The position numbers and the translations under genes are program-made. A stretch of 64,000 nt of DNA, taken from the sequence record NC_101842.1. One strand, given 5' to 3'. Of the stretch, positions 37,193-45,886 are shown piece by piece (the first letter of the stretch is position 1; each line of letters starts with the position of its first letter). The notes beneath the pieces were generated by a model. That model ran no database searches and was not told the DNA's origin. It saw nothing but the letters and a program-made list of their open reading frames with translations. Source of the stretch: a phage.

Positions 37193-38476
37193 TCATTCCA
37201 GAACCTCCCAAGTGTCTGGGTTAACATTCCGGACGCAGATACCGACAGGGAATTGGTAGTTGTTGTCTTCTGTCCTTGCTTGATATTTGAAGGTGACAAA
37301 CTTGCCGATCATTTCCTGCATTCTGTCATAGCTACGCTCCTCGTGCGTACCTTTCATCTTCATTTTAACAACAACACCTTCCTTGTCAACACAGATAAGA
37401 ACACCTTCATCATTCTTATCTTTCTCAACGTCAATAACTTTCACCTCTGCGTCGTTGAACTTTTTCCATTTCAATGCTTCAGATGTTCGCTGACCATACT
37501 CATATTTACCGCAGAAATTACGCATGATAGTACCTTCATATCCTTCGGACATGAATATACCAACAGATTCTTCGCAATGATCAACTGTGTACGCAAGCTC
37601 TGCGTCAACAACCTTGATATGATCAAGCATCAGAGTGGTAACGGTATCCTCTGCATCCATAAGATCCTTGCAGCGTCCAGACTCTGTTTCTGGATCCCAC
37701 CACACCTTGTCGCTAGGAATATCAAAAATGTGATACTCCAGATCGTAGCTACAGTATCCACCGTAACGCAAATCATCACGAACAGGCTCAACATCGACAG
37801 GAATATCTACCTTGTTGAAGTTTTTGTATGTTGATAAGCCTGCCTTAATTGCTGCATGACGGCGTTTTTTATCTGCCTCATAGTCTTTATCGATCTCGGC
37901 CTGAATCTCTTCCTGTGTGCGCCACCGTTTAGCAAGAGACACTATTTTCTGCAAAGGAAGACCATGAATGTATAGTTCCCCGTCAAGTTGTTTAATCCCA
38001 GTGGTAGAATGGAAAGAACGAAGTTGCTCTAAAAGCTTTCCTTGAATAGGGTAGGACTTATTACCACGGGAAATAAATTTAGGCTCACCATTTTGGAAAA
38101 CAACAAGCAGACGAAGGCCATCTAACTTACGCAAGATCCAGCAAGGTAATTTAAGTGCCTTGCCACGCTTCAGGTAGTCATGCACCAGCATAGGTAAAAG
38201 ATCAACACCCTGCTCGCAATCTTCCATGTTTTCAACATACCCCAGACGGACTTGTTTTTCCCACTTGCTGATAGCCTCAAGCTCGGCCTGTTGCTCAGCT
38301 GTAGTCTCGTTGGCACGACCTACGTTTTTAGGTGTGCATACCGTCTCTTTGTACTGCAATTTACCGTCAAGCTTGCCAAACTCTACGATAACCTTTTCGC
38401 CATCAGTGAATACTTTCCACTGTTGGTAGCTGCCATCTTTGTTCAGTGCGTACAGTGTTGTTTTGATTTGATGCAT
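37193..38476 (-). CDS. ATP-dependent DNA ligase
   Basis: motif I KLDGLR, motif III DGELYIHG, motif IV EGTIMRNF, motif V KWKKF. Confidence 0.75.
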   Translation of the reverse strand: MHQIKTTLYALNKDGSYQQWKVFTDGEKVIVEFGKLDGKLQYKETVCTPKNVGRANETTAEQQAELEAISKWEKQVRLGYVENMEDCEQGVDLLPMLVHDYLKRGKALKLPCWILRKLDGLRLLVVFQNGEPKFISRGNKSYPIQGKLLEQLRSFHSTTGIKQLDGELYIHGLPLQKIVSLAKRWRTQEEIQAEIDKDYEADKKRRHAAIKAGLSTYKNFNKVDIPVDVEPVRDDLRYGGYCSYDLEYHIFDIPSDKVWWDPETESGRCKDLMDAEDTVTTLMLDHIKVVDAELAYTVDHCEESVGIFMSEGYEGTIMRNFCGKYEYGQRTSEALKWKKFNDAEVKVIDVEKDKNDEGVLICVDKEGVVVKMKMKGTHEERSYDRMQEMIGKFVTFKYQARTEDNNYQFPVGICVRNVNPDTWEVLE

Positions 38477-38745
38477 TACTCGGCCTCTTCCTTAAAAATT
38501 TTAAACATCTCTTCTTTACTCATTACCAACCAGTCTCCCATAAAGTCAACTAACCAATCTCCCTGGTACAAAACCAAGTTGCCAAACGGCTCAACAAGCT
38601 CACACATGCGACGAATATCTCTGGTCCGAACAGGTGACGATGTAAACACACCTGTATCAATCCACCGTTGCAGATCAGATACTGATGAAGAGCTTCCATC
38701 AAACTGGTGTGCTTCTACAGGTTTAGCAAGATTAAATAACGGCAT
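38476..38745 (-). CDS. hypothetical protein (89 aa)
   Basis: ORF track. Confidence 0.4.
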   Translation of the reverse strand: MPLFNLAKPVEAHQFDGSSSSVSDLQRWIDTGVFTSSPVRTRDIRRMCELVEPFGNLVLYQGDWLVDFMGDWLVMSKEEMFKIFKEEAE

Positions 38746-39040
38746 TGCAGTCCTCCTTCTGTAGTAGGTCTTTTATAGGATAAACAAGTAAGTGTGGATC
38801 GGAATAACGTATAGTCCTATTCTGCCACACTATGAACTTTATTACAACCAAATTTACAATATCTTTATCACCATGTAGCCCAACACACACATTTGTCCAT
38901 ATTTTGTGGTTGAAGATCTTGCTATCGATGTAGATTTTAGTGTCAAACTTATCTTCCATTCTACCTATAAGTTTGATCAGCTCCTTCATCTGGTCGCCAA
39001 ACACAGCATCTTTTTCAAGATCTCTGGAATGCTTGTACAT
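38732..39040 (-). CDS. hypothetical protein (102 aa)
   Basis: ORF track. Confidence 0.4.
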   Translation of the reverse strand: MYKHSRDLEKDAVFGDQMKELIKLIGRMEDKFDTKIYIDSKIFNHKIWTNVCVGLHGDKDIVNLVVIKFIVWQNRTIRYSDPHLLVYPIKDLLQKEDCNAVI

Positions 39041-39102
39041 AACTAACTACCTCACTGCATACTTTCCATAATAAGTAAAGCCGGGTAATCCCGGCTATGT
39101 TG

Positions 39103-39816
39103 TTAAATATACTCTGTTACATCCTTGAAGCTCGAAGGCTTCATAATCTTACCTTTACTGTCAAGGAATATAATAACTTTATTACCGTTGTAGAACTCCT
39201 CTTTAGCAACGAAACCTTCGTAGCGACCACCAAAACGACGCTCAAGATCTTCAATCTCTAACTCTATGAGCAATTCAGTAGACATATCTGCACTGGCACC
39301 GTGAGAATATCGTAGATGGTTGATCCGTGCAAACTTGCTGTCATTAGATTTGAGAACCTTCCGCATCATCCCACACACATCGCCGCGAAGCTGGAACAGC
39401 AAAGCTGTTGACAACTCCGCTAAGCGGTAAGCTGACGCTCTTTGCTTGGATGTGTTTTTCGCAGCGATCAGTGTATCATAGAACTCACCGATCTTGAACT
39501 TAAGACCTCGTGGATTATCAAACAGGTTTGACCACTTTTCGTGATTATCATTAACAAGATAAGCGGCATAACTTGTGACAACGTGAAGATCGCAGGCCTC
39601 TTTTAGCAGGTGATCTCCACCATCACCTTTCTCCAGCTCTTCCAAAACCTCATTGAACTCTTCCTCAATGAAGCTAAGCTGTAATTCGAATGGTGTGTAT
39701 GATTTTTTCACTTTAGCTGCCACACGGTTCCAGTTTTCCACCCAGTTGGCAGACCAAAGGTAGTTTTCAGGCTGAGACAGTTTTTCCAGGTTGTCGATCA
39801 GTTTAGTATTCAGCAT
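39103..39816 (-). CDS. MazG-like / all-alpha NTP pyrophosphohydrolase-like protein
   Basis: FIEEEFNEVLEEL...EACDLH resembles EExxE...ExxD metal-binding pattern. Confidence 0.4.
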   Translation of the reverse strand: MLNTKLIDNLEKLSQPENYLWSANWVENWNRVAAKVKKSYTPFELQLSFIEEEFNEVLEELEKGDGGDHLLKEACDLHVVTSYAAYLVNDNHEKWSNLFDNPRGLKFKIGEFYDTLIAAKNTSKQRASAYRLAELSTALLFQLRGDVCGMMRKVLKSNDSKFARINHLRYSHGASADMSTELLIELEIEDLERRFGGRYEGFVAKEEFYNGNKVIIFLDSKGKIMKPSSFKDVTEYI

Positions 39817-39829
39817 TAAAGGTCTCCTT

Positions 39830-40591
39830 TTAAAGTTCCATAAAGTTTTCTACAGTTTCAATAAATGCTTTATCAGAGAAAGCGTCAACAGCACCGTTAA
39901 ACCATACAGGGATCCCGCGATCCTCATATTGATAAAGGTCGCTACGTGAAATGCCACTTCCATCTGCACTCTGCGAGTCATACTTGTTTACAATCAGCAG
40001 TTTTGTGCCTTTACAAGTAGCAGGAAACAATTCCCAGTTAAAATTAATAACTGTGTTAGAACAACCTACTAGGATCACCATATCATTGCTTGTGAGAGAT
40101 GTCAACAGGTCATACATGTCTGTATACTTAGGAGCAACCTCACCGAAGAACACTACATTGGGCTTAACCCAGGTATACTTGCCTGTATCTACCTCCGTGT
40201 ATCCGATATTTTTAATTACATCATTACCTTCAGCATCTTCGTAGGTGATTTCAGGCAAATACCCGTGGACATGTAAAATATCTTCATGTTTTACACCAGC
40301 ACGCTCCAGCAAATCATCTACATTGGTGGTAAGGTTGATCACACGACCAGACCAGCGGGAATACCACTCAGCGATCCGAAGATGTGCAAGGTTAGGATCA
40401 ACACTGCCCAGAGCTACACGACGTGCATTGTAAAAGTCATGCACCTTATAGTAATTCTTGGCAAAGGTGTGGATGTTGCACACCTCATCGATGCTGAAAT
40501 TCTCCCACATTGCAGTGCTACCAGATCGGAAAGTGGGAATACCAGATTCAGCGCTCAAACCAGCACCGGAGATAATAATCAGTCGTCGCAT
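39830..40591 (-). CDS. Sir2/CobB-family NAD-dependent sirtuin-like protein lacking zinc-ribbon cysteines
   Basis: GAGLSAESGIPTFR, FYNARR, TTNVDDLLERAG, HVHG, PNVVFFGE parallel E. coli CobB; no CxxC pairs where the Zn module should be. Confidence 0.75.
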   Translation of the reverse strand: MRRLIIISGAGLSAESGIPTFRSGSTAMWENFSIDEVCNIHTFAKNYYKVHDFYNARRVALGSVDPNLAHLRIAEWYSRWSGRVINLTTNVDDLLERAGVKHEDILHVHGYLPEITYEDAEGNDVIKNIGYTEVDTGKYTWVKPNVVFFGEVAPKYTDMYDLLTSLTSNDMVILVGCSNTVINFNWELFPATCKGTKLLIVNKYDSQSADGSGISRSDLYQYEDRGIPVWFNGAVDAFSDKAFIETVENFMEL

Positions 40592-40599
40592 AAGTGTCC

Positions 40600-40950
40600 T
40601 CAGTAGATGTTTTGTTTAATCTCTATTCCAAACTTCTTGAATGAGTCAGCAGCAAGCATAAATTTACGAGCTGCCGATGGATTAGAAGTATGCACGAAAA
40701 TAATCACGTTGTCAATAAGTGGTGGCTTTCCGAATACAAGTTTCTCCTCTAGCGCAGAGAAGCAGTCGTACCCTTCAAGCACTTCACCTAGATCATTGTC
40801 AAAATACCACTCAGATACGCGTCTGTAGAGCTTTCTCTTATCATTAAGAAAATCCATAAACTCAGAAGAATTCTTTAGCCACAGAGCGTCTAGGAGTCCA
40901 TAATCTGACGGATCTCTAAAATCATCAAGCCACACAATCCACTTCTTCAT
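40600..40950 (-). CDS. hypothetical protein (116 aa)
   Basis: ORF track; ATGA overlap with upstream gene. Confidence 0.45.
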   Translation of the reverse strand: MKKWIVWLDDFRDPSDYGLLDALWLKNSSEFMDFLNDKRKLYRRVSEWYFDNDLGEVLEGYDCFSALEEKLVFGKPPLIDNVIIFVHTSNPSAARKFMLAADSFKKFGIEIKQNIY

Positions 40951-41882
40951 TGCATATAGTCCTCGTTGTGGAAATAGCAGTCAAGTATCTCACGGCGTTC
41001 CTGCTCCAGGAGGCAGTTCCATACATCCTCTGTGTAGTTGTTACGAATGAAGTTTACCATGCCGTAAAACTCTTCGTCAACACGTTTAAAGATATCATCA
41101 TCCCAAATCTTCCAAGCTTTACCCCTCATTACGGCCTTTCGTGCCAGATAGTATGGAGACTTGATCTTCAACTGCAGATCATAAGGGTAGTAAGGCTTAC
41201 GAATCATATATCCTTCACCTCTTGTTTCTGCAGCTAACTCTTTTGCATAGCTGAACGGAATTTCACGCACAGTGTGAGGACGTTTTGCACCAAGGTATTT
41301 GGCAATCCCATCTAAAGCGGCTTCTGGTAGCATTATTCCAGAATCATTATATCTGCAACCTATCAAATATGCGCCATGATCTTCCTGAACAATATGCGGA
41401 TCTGAAGGGTGACAAATTTCAAACATGAATGTCATGTTTTCATTGCCCATAACCTTCTTGATAAGATCTAAATTACCGCATTGCTCCTGGATGGTTTCCT
41501 TTGCAAGGTTACAATATGGGGAATCAAGAGACCCGGTTGTTGAGAACAATAGTTCACCTTTATGAGATGACACCACACCAAGGAATCCGTTCTTTTTCTC
41601 TACCGCCGTCACAAGCTTATTGTCAGGCAGGTTGGTGGAGTTTTCTCCCAAGTTAAACACTTTTGTGAAGGGCCATGCCACAACATTTCCTTCATTACCG
41701 ACAACAATGCCTCGGCACTCCAGTAATCGAGGAGACAAATGCCATAAGTTGTTGTAGAATACTTTTCTGGCATATTTATAGATCTTTAACCCAAGATCTG
41801 GGTAATATCTGCTGGTTACAAGACCTTTGTCAACTAGGTCGTCTGCATTAAAATACTTCATCATACGTTCCTCATTTGTCAT
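40947..41882 (-). CDS. RNA ligase, T4 Rnl1-like
   Basis: LSPRLLECRGIVV and KVFNLGEN match T4 Rnl1 LPDALECRGIMF and KFFNLNEN; motif I lysine in VEKKNGFLG. Confidence 0.7.
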   Translation of the reverse strand: MTNEERMMKYFNADDLVDKGLVTSRYYPDLGLKIYKYARKVFYNNLWHLSPRLLECRGIVVGNEGNVVAWPFTKVFNLGENSTNLPDNKLVTAVEKKNGFLGVVSSHKGELLFSTTGSLDSPYCNLAKETIQEQCGNLDLIKKVMGNENMTFMFEICHPSDPHIVQEDHGAYLIGCRYNDSGIMLPEAALDGIAKYLGAKRPHTVREIPFSYAKELAAETRGEGYMIRKPYYPYDLQLKIKSPYYLARKAVMRGKAWKIWDDDIFKRVDEEFYGMVNFIRNNYTEDVWNCLLEQERREILDCYFHNEDYMQ

Positions 41883-41925
41883 TTTGTCCCTTTATCCTGC
41901 CACACAAATAACCCAGTGTCAACAC

Positions 41926-41954
41926 TTGAAATTAACAAAACAGTTAGGTATACT
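41926..41954 (+). promoter_or_regulatory. sigma70-like promoter TTGAAA-17-TATACT
   Basis: consensus-like hexamers, 17-nt spacer, about 30 nt upstream of kinase start. Confidence 0.55.
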
Positions 41955-41982
41955 ATCATTGAAATTAAAACGGAGGGTTACT

Positions 41983-42390
41983 ATGTCTAAAATGCTATAT
42001 ATCGTGCGTGGTCTACCAGGGTCTGGCAAATCAACACTGGCAAATGCGCTATCTTTAGAAGGTCTGTACCCACATTTTGAGAACGACATGTTCTGGTACG
42101 ACGATGACGGCAATTACAACTGGGATGCAAGTAAAGTAACACTTGCAGCAAAATGGTGCAAAGATCACGTAGAAGATATGATGCGTATGGGATACGACCG
42201 TATCGTGGTAAGTAATACGTTTACAAAAGAAAAATACGTGCAAAAATATATTGACATGGCAATCAGCTATGGGTATAGTTATACCGTAATCGTGGTTGAA
42301 AACCGCCACGGTAATAAAAGCATTCATGCTTCAGACGAGGTTGTGGATCGTATGGAGCGCCAGCTTAAAAACTGCATCAAACTTAAATGA
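41983..42390 (+). CDS. polynucleotide 5'-kinase-like P-loop kinase
   Basis: LYIVRGLPGSGKST resembles T4 Pnk kinase N-terminus; start refined to ATG after acggaggg RBS. Confidence 0.65.
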   Translation: MSKMLYIVRGLPGSGKSTLANALSLEGLYPHFENDMFWYDDDGNYNWDASKVTLAAKWCKDHVEDMMRMGYDRIVVSNTFTKEKYVQKYIDMAISYGYSYTVIVVENRHGNKSIHASDEVVDRMERQLKNCIKLK

Positions 42391-42397
42391 GGAATGT

Positions 42398-42952
42398 ATG
42401 AAATACTTTGTAACAAGCGACACACACTTTCTCCACCAGCGGGTCATGGAGTTTGATTCATGTCAAAAACACAGATCTCAATATGATCACAATCTTGACA
42501 GTATGAATGCGGGAATCATCACCAAGTGGAACTCTGTTGTGTCACCTGCAGACACTGTGTTCCACCTGGGAGATATTGCGTGCACTAATGATAAGAATAT
42601 CAACAACTTACTTCCAGATATTCTAAATATGTTGAACGGACATATTATTCTTGTTCGTGGCAACCATGACACAAGGACGACTGTCAGAATTATGAAAGAG
42701 TTCGGTCATGAGGTTGTAGATTATTACGAGCTTCGCCACAACAAGAATTTGATCTGTATGAGCCATTACCAGTTTGCAAAGTGGAACAGAAAGCCTCACG
42801 GATCAGTCCAACTGTTCGGTCATGCTCACGGAACCACACAACAGTTGTTTGGCAGACAGTTTGATGTCGGTTGGGATGTGTGGGGGAGACTCTTACCATT
42901 AGAAGAGGCATACCGTATTGCAATGAGTTTTGCTATTGACAGCGGGGAGTAA
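42398..42952 (+). CDS. calcineurin-like metallophosphoesterase
   Basis: SDTHF, GDIACTN, GNHD, GHAHG motifs; start refined to MKYFVTSD. Confidence 0.7.
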   Translation: MKYFVTSDTHFLHQRVMEFDSCQKHRSQYDHNLDSMNAGIITKWNSVVSPADTVFHLGDIACTNDKNINNLLPDILNMLNGHIILVRGNHDTRTTVRIMKEFGHEVVDYYELRHNKNLICMSHYQFAKWNRKPHGSVQLFGHAHGTTQQLFGRQFDVGWDVWGRLLPLEEAYRIAMSFAIDSGE

Positions 42953-42999
42953 TCCCTGCTATTTTAAAGAAAATTGCCACACAAGGAGAATCAGGAGAT

Positions 43000-43350
43000 A
43001 TGAAAGATGGGGATAAGCTGCTATATCTTAAAGTCCCCCTTGAAATACTATCTATGTCAAAAGTTTTGAATGACACAACTGGGGAGGTTGTTGTTCTTGA
43101 CTTGTATGACAAGATCGTATACTGCTACCTGCACAACTGGTATAAGCTTGGAGGAAGTTCACGCTTCACACCCAGCACAAGGAAAATTGCAGCAGATGTT
43201 GGAATAAAGAAAACAAAAGCAGCAGCGTGCGTTAAAACTTTAGAATGTGCGGGAGTGGTTGAAATATCCACACAAGGGAGAGGTAAAAGATGCACATTTT
43301 CCAAAGTTTTGCCACCAGAAGAAGTTATTCGAATGTCAACAACTGGTTAG
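43000..43350 (+). CDS. small putative HTH DNA-binding protein (116 aa)
   Basis: helix-turn-helix-like segment TRKIAADVGIKKTKAAACVKTLE; tandem palindromic repeats immediately downstream. Confidence 0.4.
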   Translation: MKDGDKLLYLKVPLEILSMSKVLNDTTGEVVVLDLYDKIVYCYLHNWYKLGGSSRFTPSTRKIAADVGIKKTKAAACVKTLECAGVVEISTQGRGKRCTFSKVLPPEEVIRMSTTG

Positions 43351-43425
43351 ACCAGTAAAAACTTAAATATCTGTACTATAAGGATTCGTATGTTTTATGT
43401 TCGCTCTGGAGCAGAGGTTAGTAAC

Positions 43426-43507
43426 TGTCCGTGATACGGACACTACTGTCCGTCACGCGGACACATCTGCCCGTAATACGGACACTAACTGTCCGTGATA
43501 CGGACAC
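43426..43507. repeat. four tandem 18-bp palindromic iterons (TGTCCGT-N-ACGGACAC), period 21-22 bp
   Basis: copies at 43426-43443, 43447-43464, 43468-43485, 43490-43507. Confidence 0.8.
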
Positions 43508-43640
43508 ATAAAGAATATAACTAAAATAACTAAATAATAAAAAATAAAAGATCTAGTACTTATGGTACTAAGTACATATACTTAACTTATGTAGAATATA
43601 CTAGATCCTAAGTACCATGTTTTAAATTTATTACTTACTA
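43508..43640. other. AT-rich tract with short inverted repeats, adjacent to iterons
   Basis: strongly A+T-biased with TAGTAC/GTACTA and CTAAGTAC repeats. Confidence 0.5.
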
Positions 43641-43905
43641 TGGGCAGTGTCGGCCCTTCATTGGCACTCGCCTACGAGGGGCGAGATGCCGGGCCTCTTT
43701 GGTGCACACAATAACAGAAGTTCATACATACAGGTCTGTTAACATGTGTGGGAGCGAAGCGATAGCGCAGGCCAAAGGCCGAGCACTGATGTGGACCACC
43801 GACGAAAGCTTGCCAGCGCCGTAAGGAGTCGGTTGAGAGTCTCCCGCGCGAGCTTGGATGAAGTTTATGTGTGGAAACTGACAAGAAGGCCCCTAAATCG
43901 CTCCA
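43640..43905 (+). ncRNA. candidate structured non-coding RNA (G+C-rich island with nested stems); strand unknown
   Basis: G+C-rich relative to flanks; nested pairings ggccc/gggcc, ggca/tgcc, ctcgcc/ggcgag at about 43650-43695; only ORF is an antisense low-complexity frame. Confidence 0.25.
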
Positions 43906-44010
43906 CAGCTATATAAACTATACCAGGTAATGCAATCGCACCAGTTTGGTAGAAAAGCTCGTTACAAAGCGATACAGTGAGTTTTTCTATAACTTGAAGA
44001 GGAGGCAGCT

Positions 44011-44589
44011 ATGGGTTCACGCAAAGATGACCGTGAAAAGATTGCAAAACGTTATCAGAATGAAGAACAGATGGAGAAAACTTTCAAGTGGAAGCCCGGT
44101 TTCCAGCGTAATCATTCTAACGCTCGTGATCGTAAGCATCCGGATAAGTGGCTAACACCGCCAAATGATGGCATGCAGGTTGGGGATGAGAAGGAGATGT
44201 CGCCTGGAAAAGATGGCAACTACATTCGCACTAAGGACGCTGGTCCAAAGGATGACAGCTATCTTGTAGATAAGGTTCTTGATGGTATCAATGTAGATGT
44301 TGACACTGCACGAAACCTTTTTCTTGGGTGGTATCGCACAGGTTTTTTCGACATCAAGGCTATTCGTCGTGTTTGTGATATTAAAAAGTCTGCATATGAT
44401 GACGACTCGTTACATCGCACCCTGAGACAATATTCAGAAAGATATGGTCATCCGGTTATCACTCTTGACGATGTTAACGAAGTGATGTATCATGCAGAGG
44501 TTGTTGCAGGAAGATTTGGTGATGCATATCTTGATATCCTTTCTGCAAAGGATGAGGTAATGTTAAATAAGATTTACTATGAACGCTGA
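44011..44589 (+). CDS. hypothetical protein (192 aa)
   Basis: ORF track; strong RBS gaggagg. Confidence 0.5.
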   Translation: MGSRKDDREKIAKRYQNEEQMEKTFKWKPGFQRNHSNARDRKHPDKWLTPPNDGMQVGDEKEMSPGKDGNYIRTKDAGPKDDSYLVDKVLDGINVDVDTARNLFLGWYRTGFFDIKAIRRVCDIKKSAYDDDSLHRTLRQYSERYGHPVITLDDVNEVMYHAEVVAGRFGDAYLDILSAKDEVMLNKIYYER

Positions 44590-44788
44590 GGAGCGCTTAA
44601 TGAACAACCCGGTAGCAAAGAACTGTAATAAGTTCAACAAGTCTGCAATTCACACTGACAGGAAAAAGAGCTGGTCTCCTGACATTGACGAGGAGCTTGA
44701 GAGTTACTTTGAAGACCTGGTCACTAATGCAGATGAGGTTGCGATTAAAGAATACGCAGACAGGAAGGATAAGGCCGGAATCTGTTGA
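44579..44788 (+). CDS. hypothetical small protein (69 aa)
   Basis: ORF track. Confidence 0.4.
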   Translation: MNAEERLMNNPVAKNCNKFNKSAIHTDRKKSWSPDIDEELESYFEDLVTNADEVAIKEYADRKDKAGIC

Positions 44789-44864
44789 CAAAAATAGTGT
44801 TACCTGATAAGATCTGCAATATGATGTGATGCAATTTTAACTTACGAGGTCTACAGGTAATGCT

Positions 44865-45107
44865 ATGTTTAAGGTTAAGCTCGTTTTTCGTTCCATGAAT
44901 GAGGATTATTTAGAAGATGAAGGTGAATTTCGTGCACTGGATGATGCAATAGATTTTGCCAACGACTTAGCTTGTATGAATACGGGTTATGGGCTATGCT
45001 GTTGGGATGGTGGTGTTCAGATCGGTGATAGCAAGATCTTCTACTTCTACCCTGAGCCTGATAACAAACAAATTAAGTATGTTTTATTTATTTGTGCTTT
45101 ACAATGA
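44865..45107 (+). CDS. hypothetical small protein (80 aa)
   Basis: ORF track. Confidence 0.4.
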   Translation: MFKVKLVFRSMNEDYLEDEGEFRALDDAIDFANDLACMNTGYGLCCWDGGVQIGDSKIFYFYPEPDNKQIKYVLFICALQ

Positions 45108-45139
45108 GGTTGTTTTCGTGTATCATGATGAATATCCAA

Positions 45140-45420
45140 TTTAAAGATGAATTTGATGGCTTTATCTCCGGATGCTTTGAAACAGGGTTCGGAGAAGGCT
45201 GAGTTCCCCTTAGAGGGCTTGATAGTGCACCACACTTAAAATGGTAGGGGCAGCCAGCACATGACGATGTGACCCCGGCCAACCTGTAATAAGGTCGAGC
45301 CAAAGTGCGGTAATGGGCTCTGGTAACCCACTTGTTGGGTCTTGCTGGTCCAGGACGCTGGACAAGTCGCATGGAATACCACCCTGCGGCGAACTTGACA
45401 ATCAGTATTTGCTATGATAA
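45140..45420 (+). ncRNA. candidate structured non-coding RNA (second G+C-rich island); strand unknown
   Basis: four overlapping minus-strand ORFs in different frames over the same span indicate stop-codon depletion from composition. Confidence 0.25.
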
Positions 45421-45452
45421 AATCCACCTATCACGTGATAATGGAGGAAACA

Positions 45453-45790
45453 TGGCGGATACAACTAAAAAGCGTCGCCGTAGAGGCAGACCTCTGAAAG
45501 AGGAGTCCAACGCCATTCAGCTAGAGAAGAACATCCTTGATATGAAGGAATCTTTTATAGCGATGGTTCCAGAAGCTCACAAAGTTTTAAGAGAGCTGAT
45601 GTTGGACCCGAAAACCAAACAAAATATTCGTCAAAGCATTGCAGAGTATGTTCTTGATAAGGCAGACCGAATGCAGGAAGAATATGATGAGATGTTTGGT
45701 GAAGAGGAAGAGGTGGTAGTAGAAGAGGCTGAAAAACCAGCACCTTTTATGCCATTTACCACAGAAATACAACCTGTTAGCAATAGCTAA
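45453..45790 (+). CDS. hypothetical protein with N-terminal basic RGRP (AT-hook-like) motif and acidic C-tail
   Basis: MADTTKKRRRRGRPLKEES...; RBS ggagga. Confidence 0.5.
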
Positions 45791-45799
45791 AATATTTTC

Positions 45800-45828
45800 T
45801 TGACAAACTTTGCTTAACAGTGTAATAT
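45800..45828 (+). promoter_or_regulatory. sigma70-like promoter TTGACA-17-TAATAT upstream of tRNA cluster
   Basis: consensus -35, 17-nt spacer, TG immediately before -10. Confidence 0.6.
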
Positions 45829-45886
45829 TGTAAACATGGTCTCCCACCTTTTCTGGCGGCTAAGGTGTAAAAGAAAGCCACCCAGT

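Noticed and set aside
37121-37834. 237-aa plus-strand ORF
   Set aside because: Lies entirely antisense to the DNA ligase gene, has low-complexity composition and no RBS; the ligase frame carries clear catalytic motifs.
43426-43507. Possible CRISPR array from the regular 21-22-bp periodic repeats
   Set aside because: Repeats are 18-bp palindromes separated by only 2-4 bp, so there are no spacers; only four copies and no cas genes. Operator or origin iterons fit better.
43780-43815. Hammerhead ribozyme core (ctgatg ... cgaaa)
   Set aside because: The CUGANGA box is not intact (CUGAUGU) and no consistent stem II/III arrangement or cleavage site could be built.
45047-45427. Four overlapping minus-strand ORFs as protein-coding genes
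   Set aside because: They occupy different frames over the same G+C-rich sequence and have Pro/Arg/Gly-rich composition; better explained by base composition of a non-coding element.
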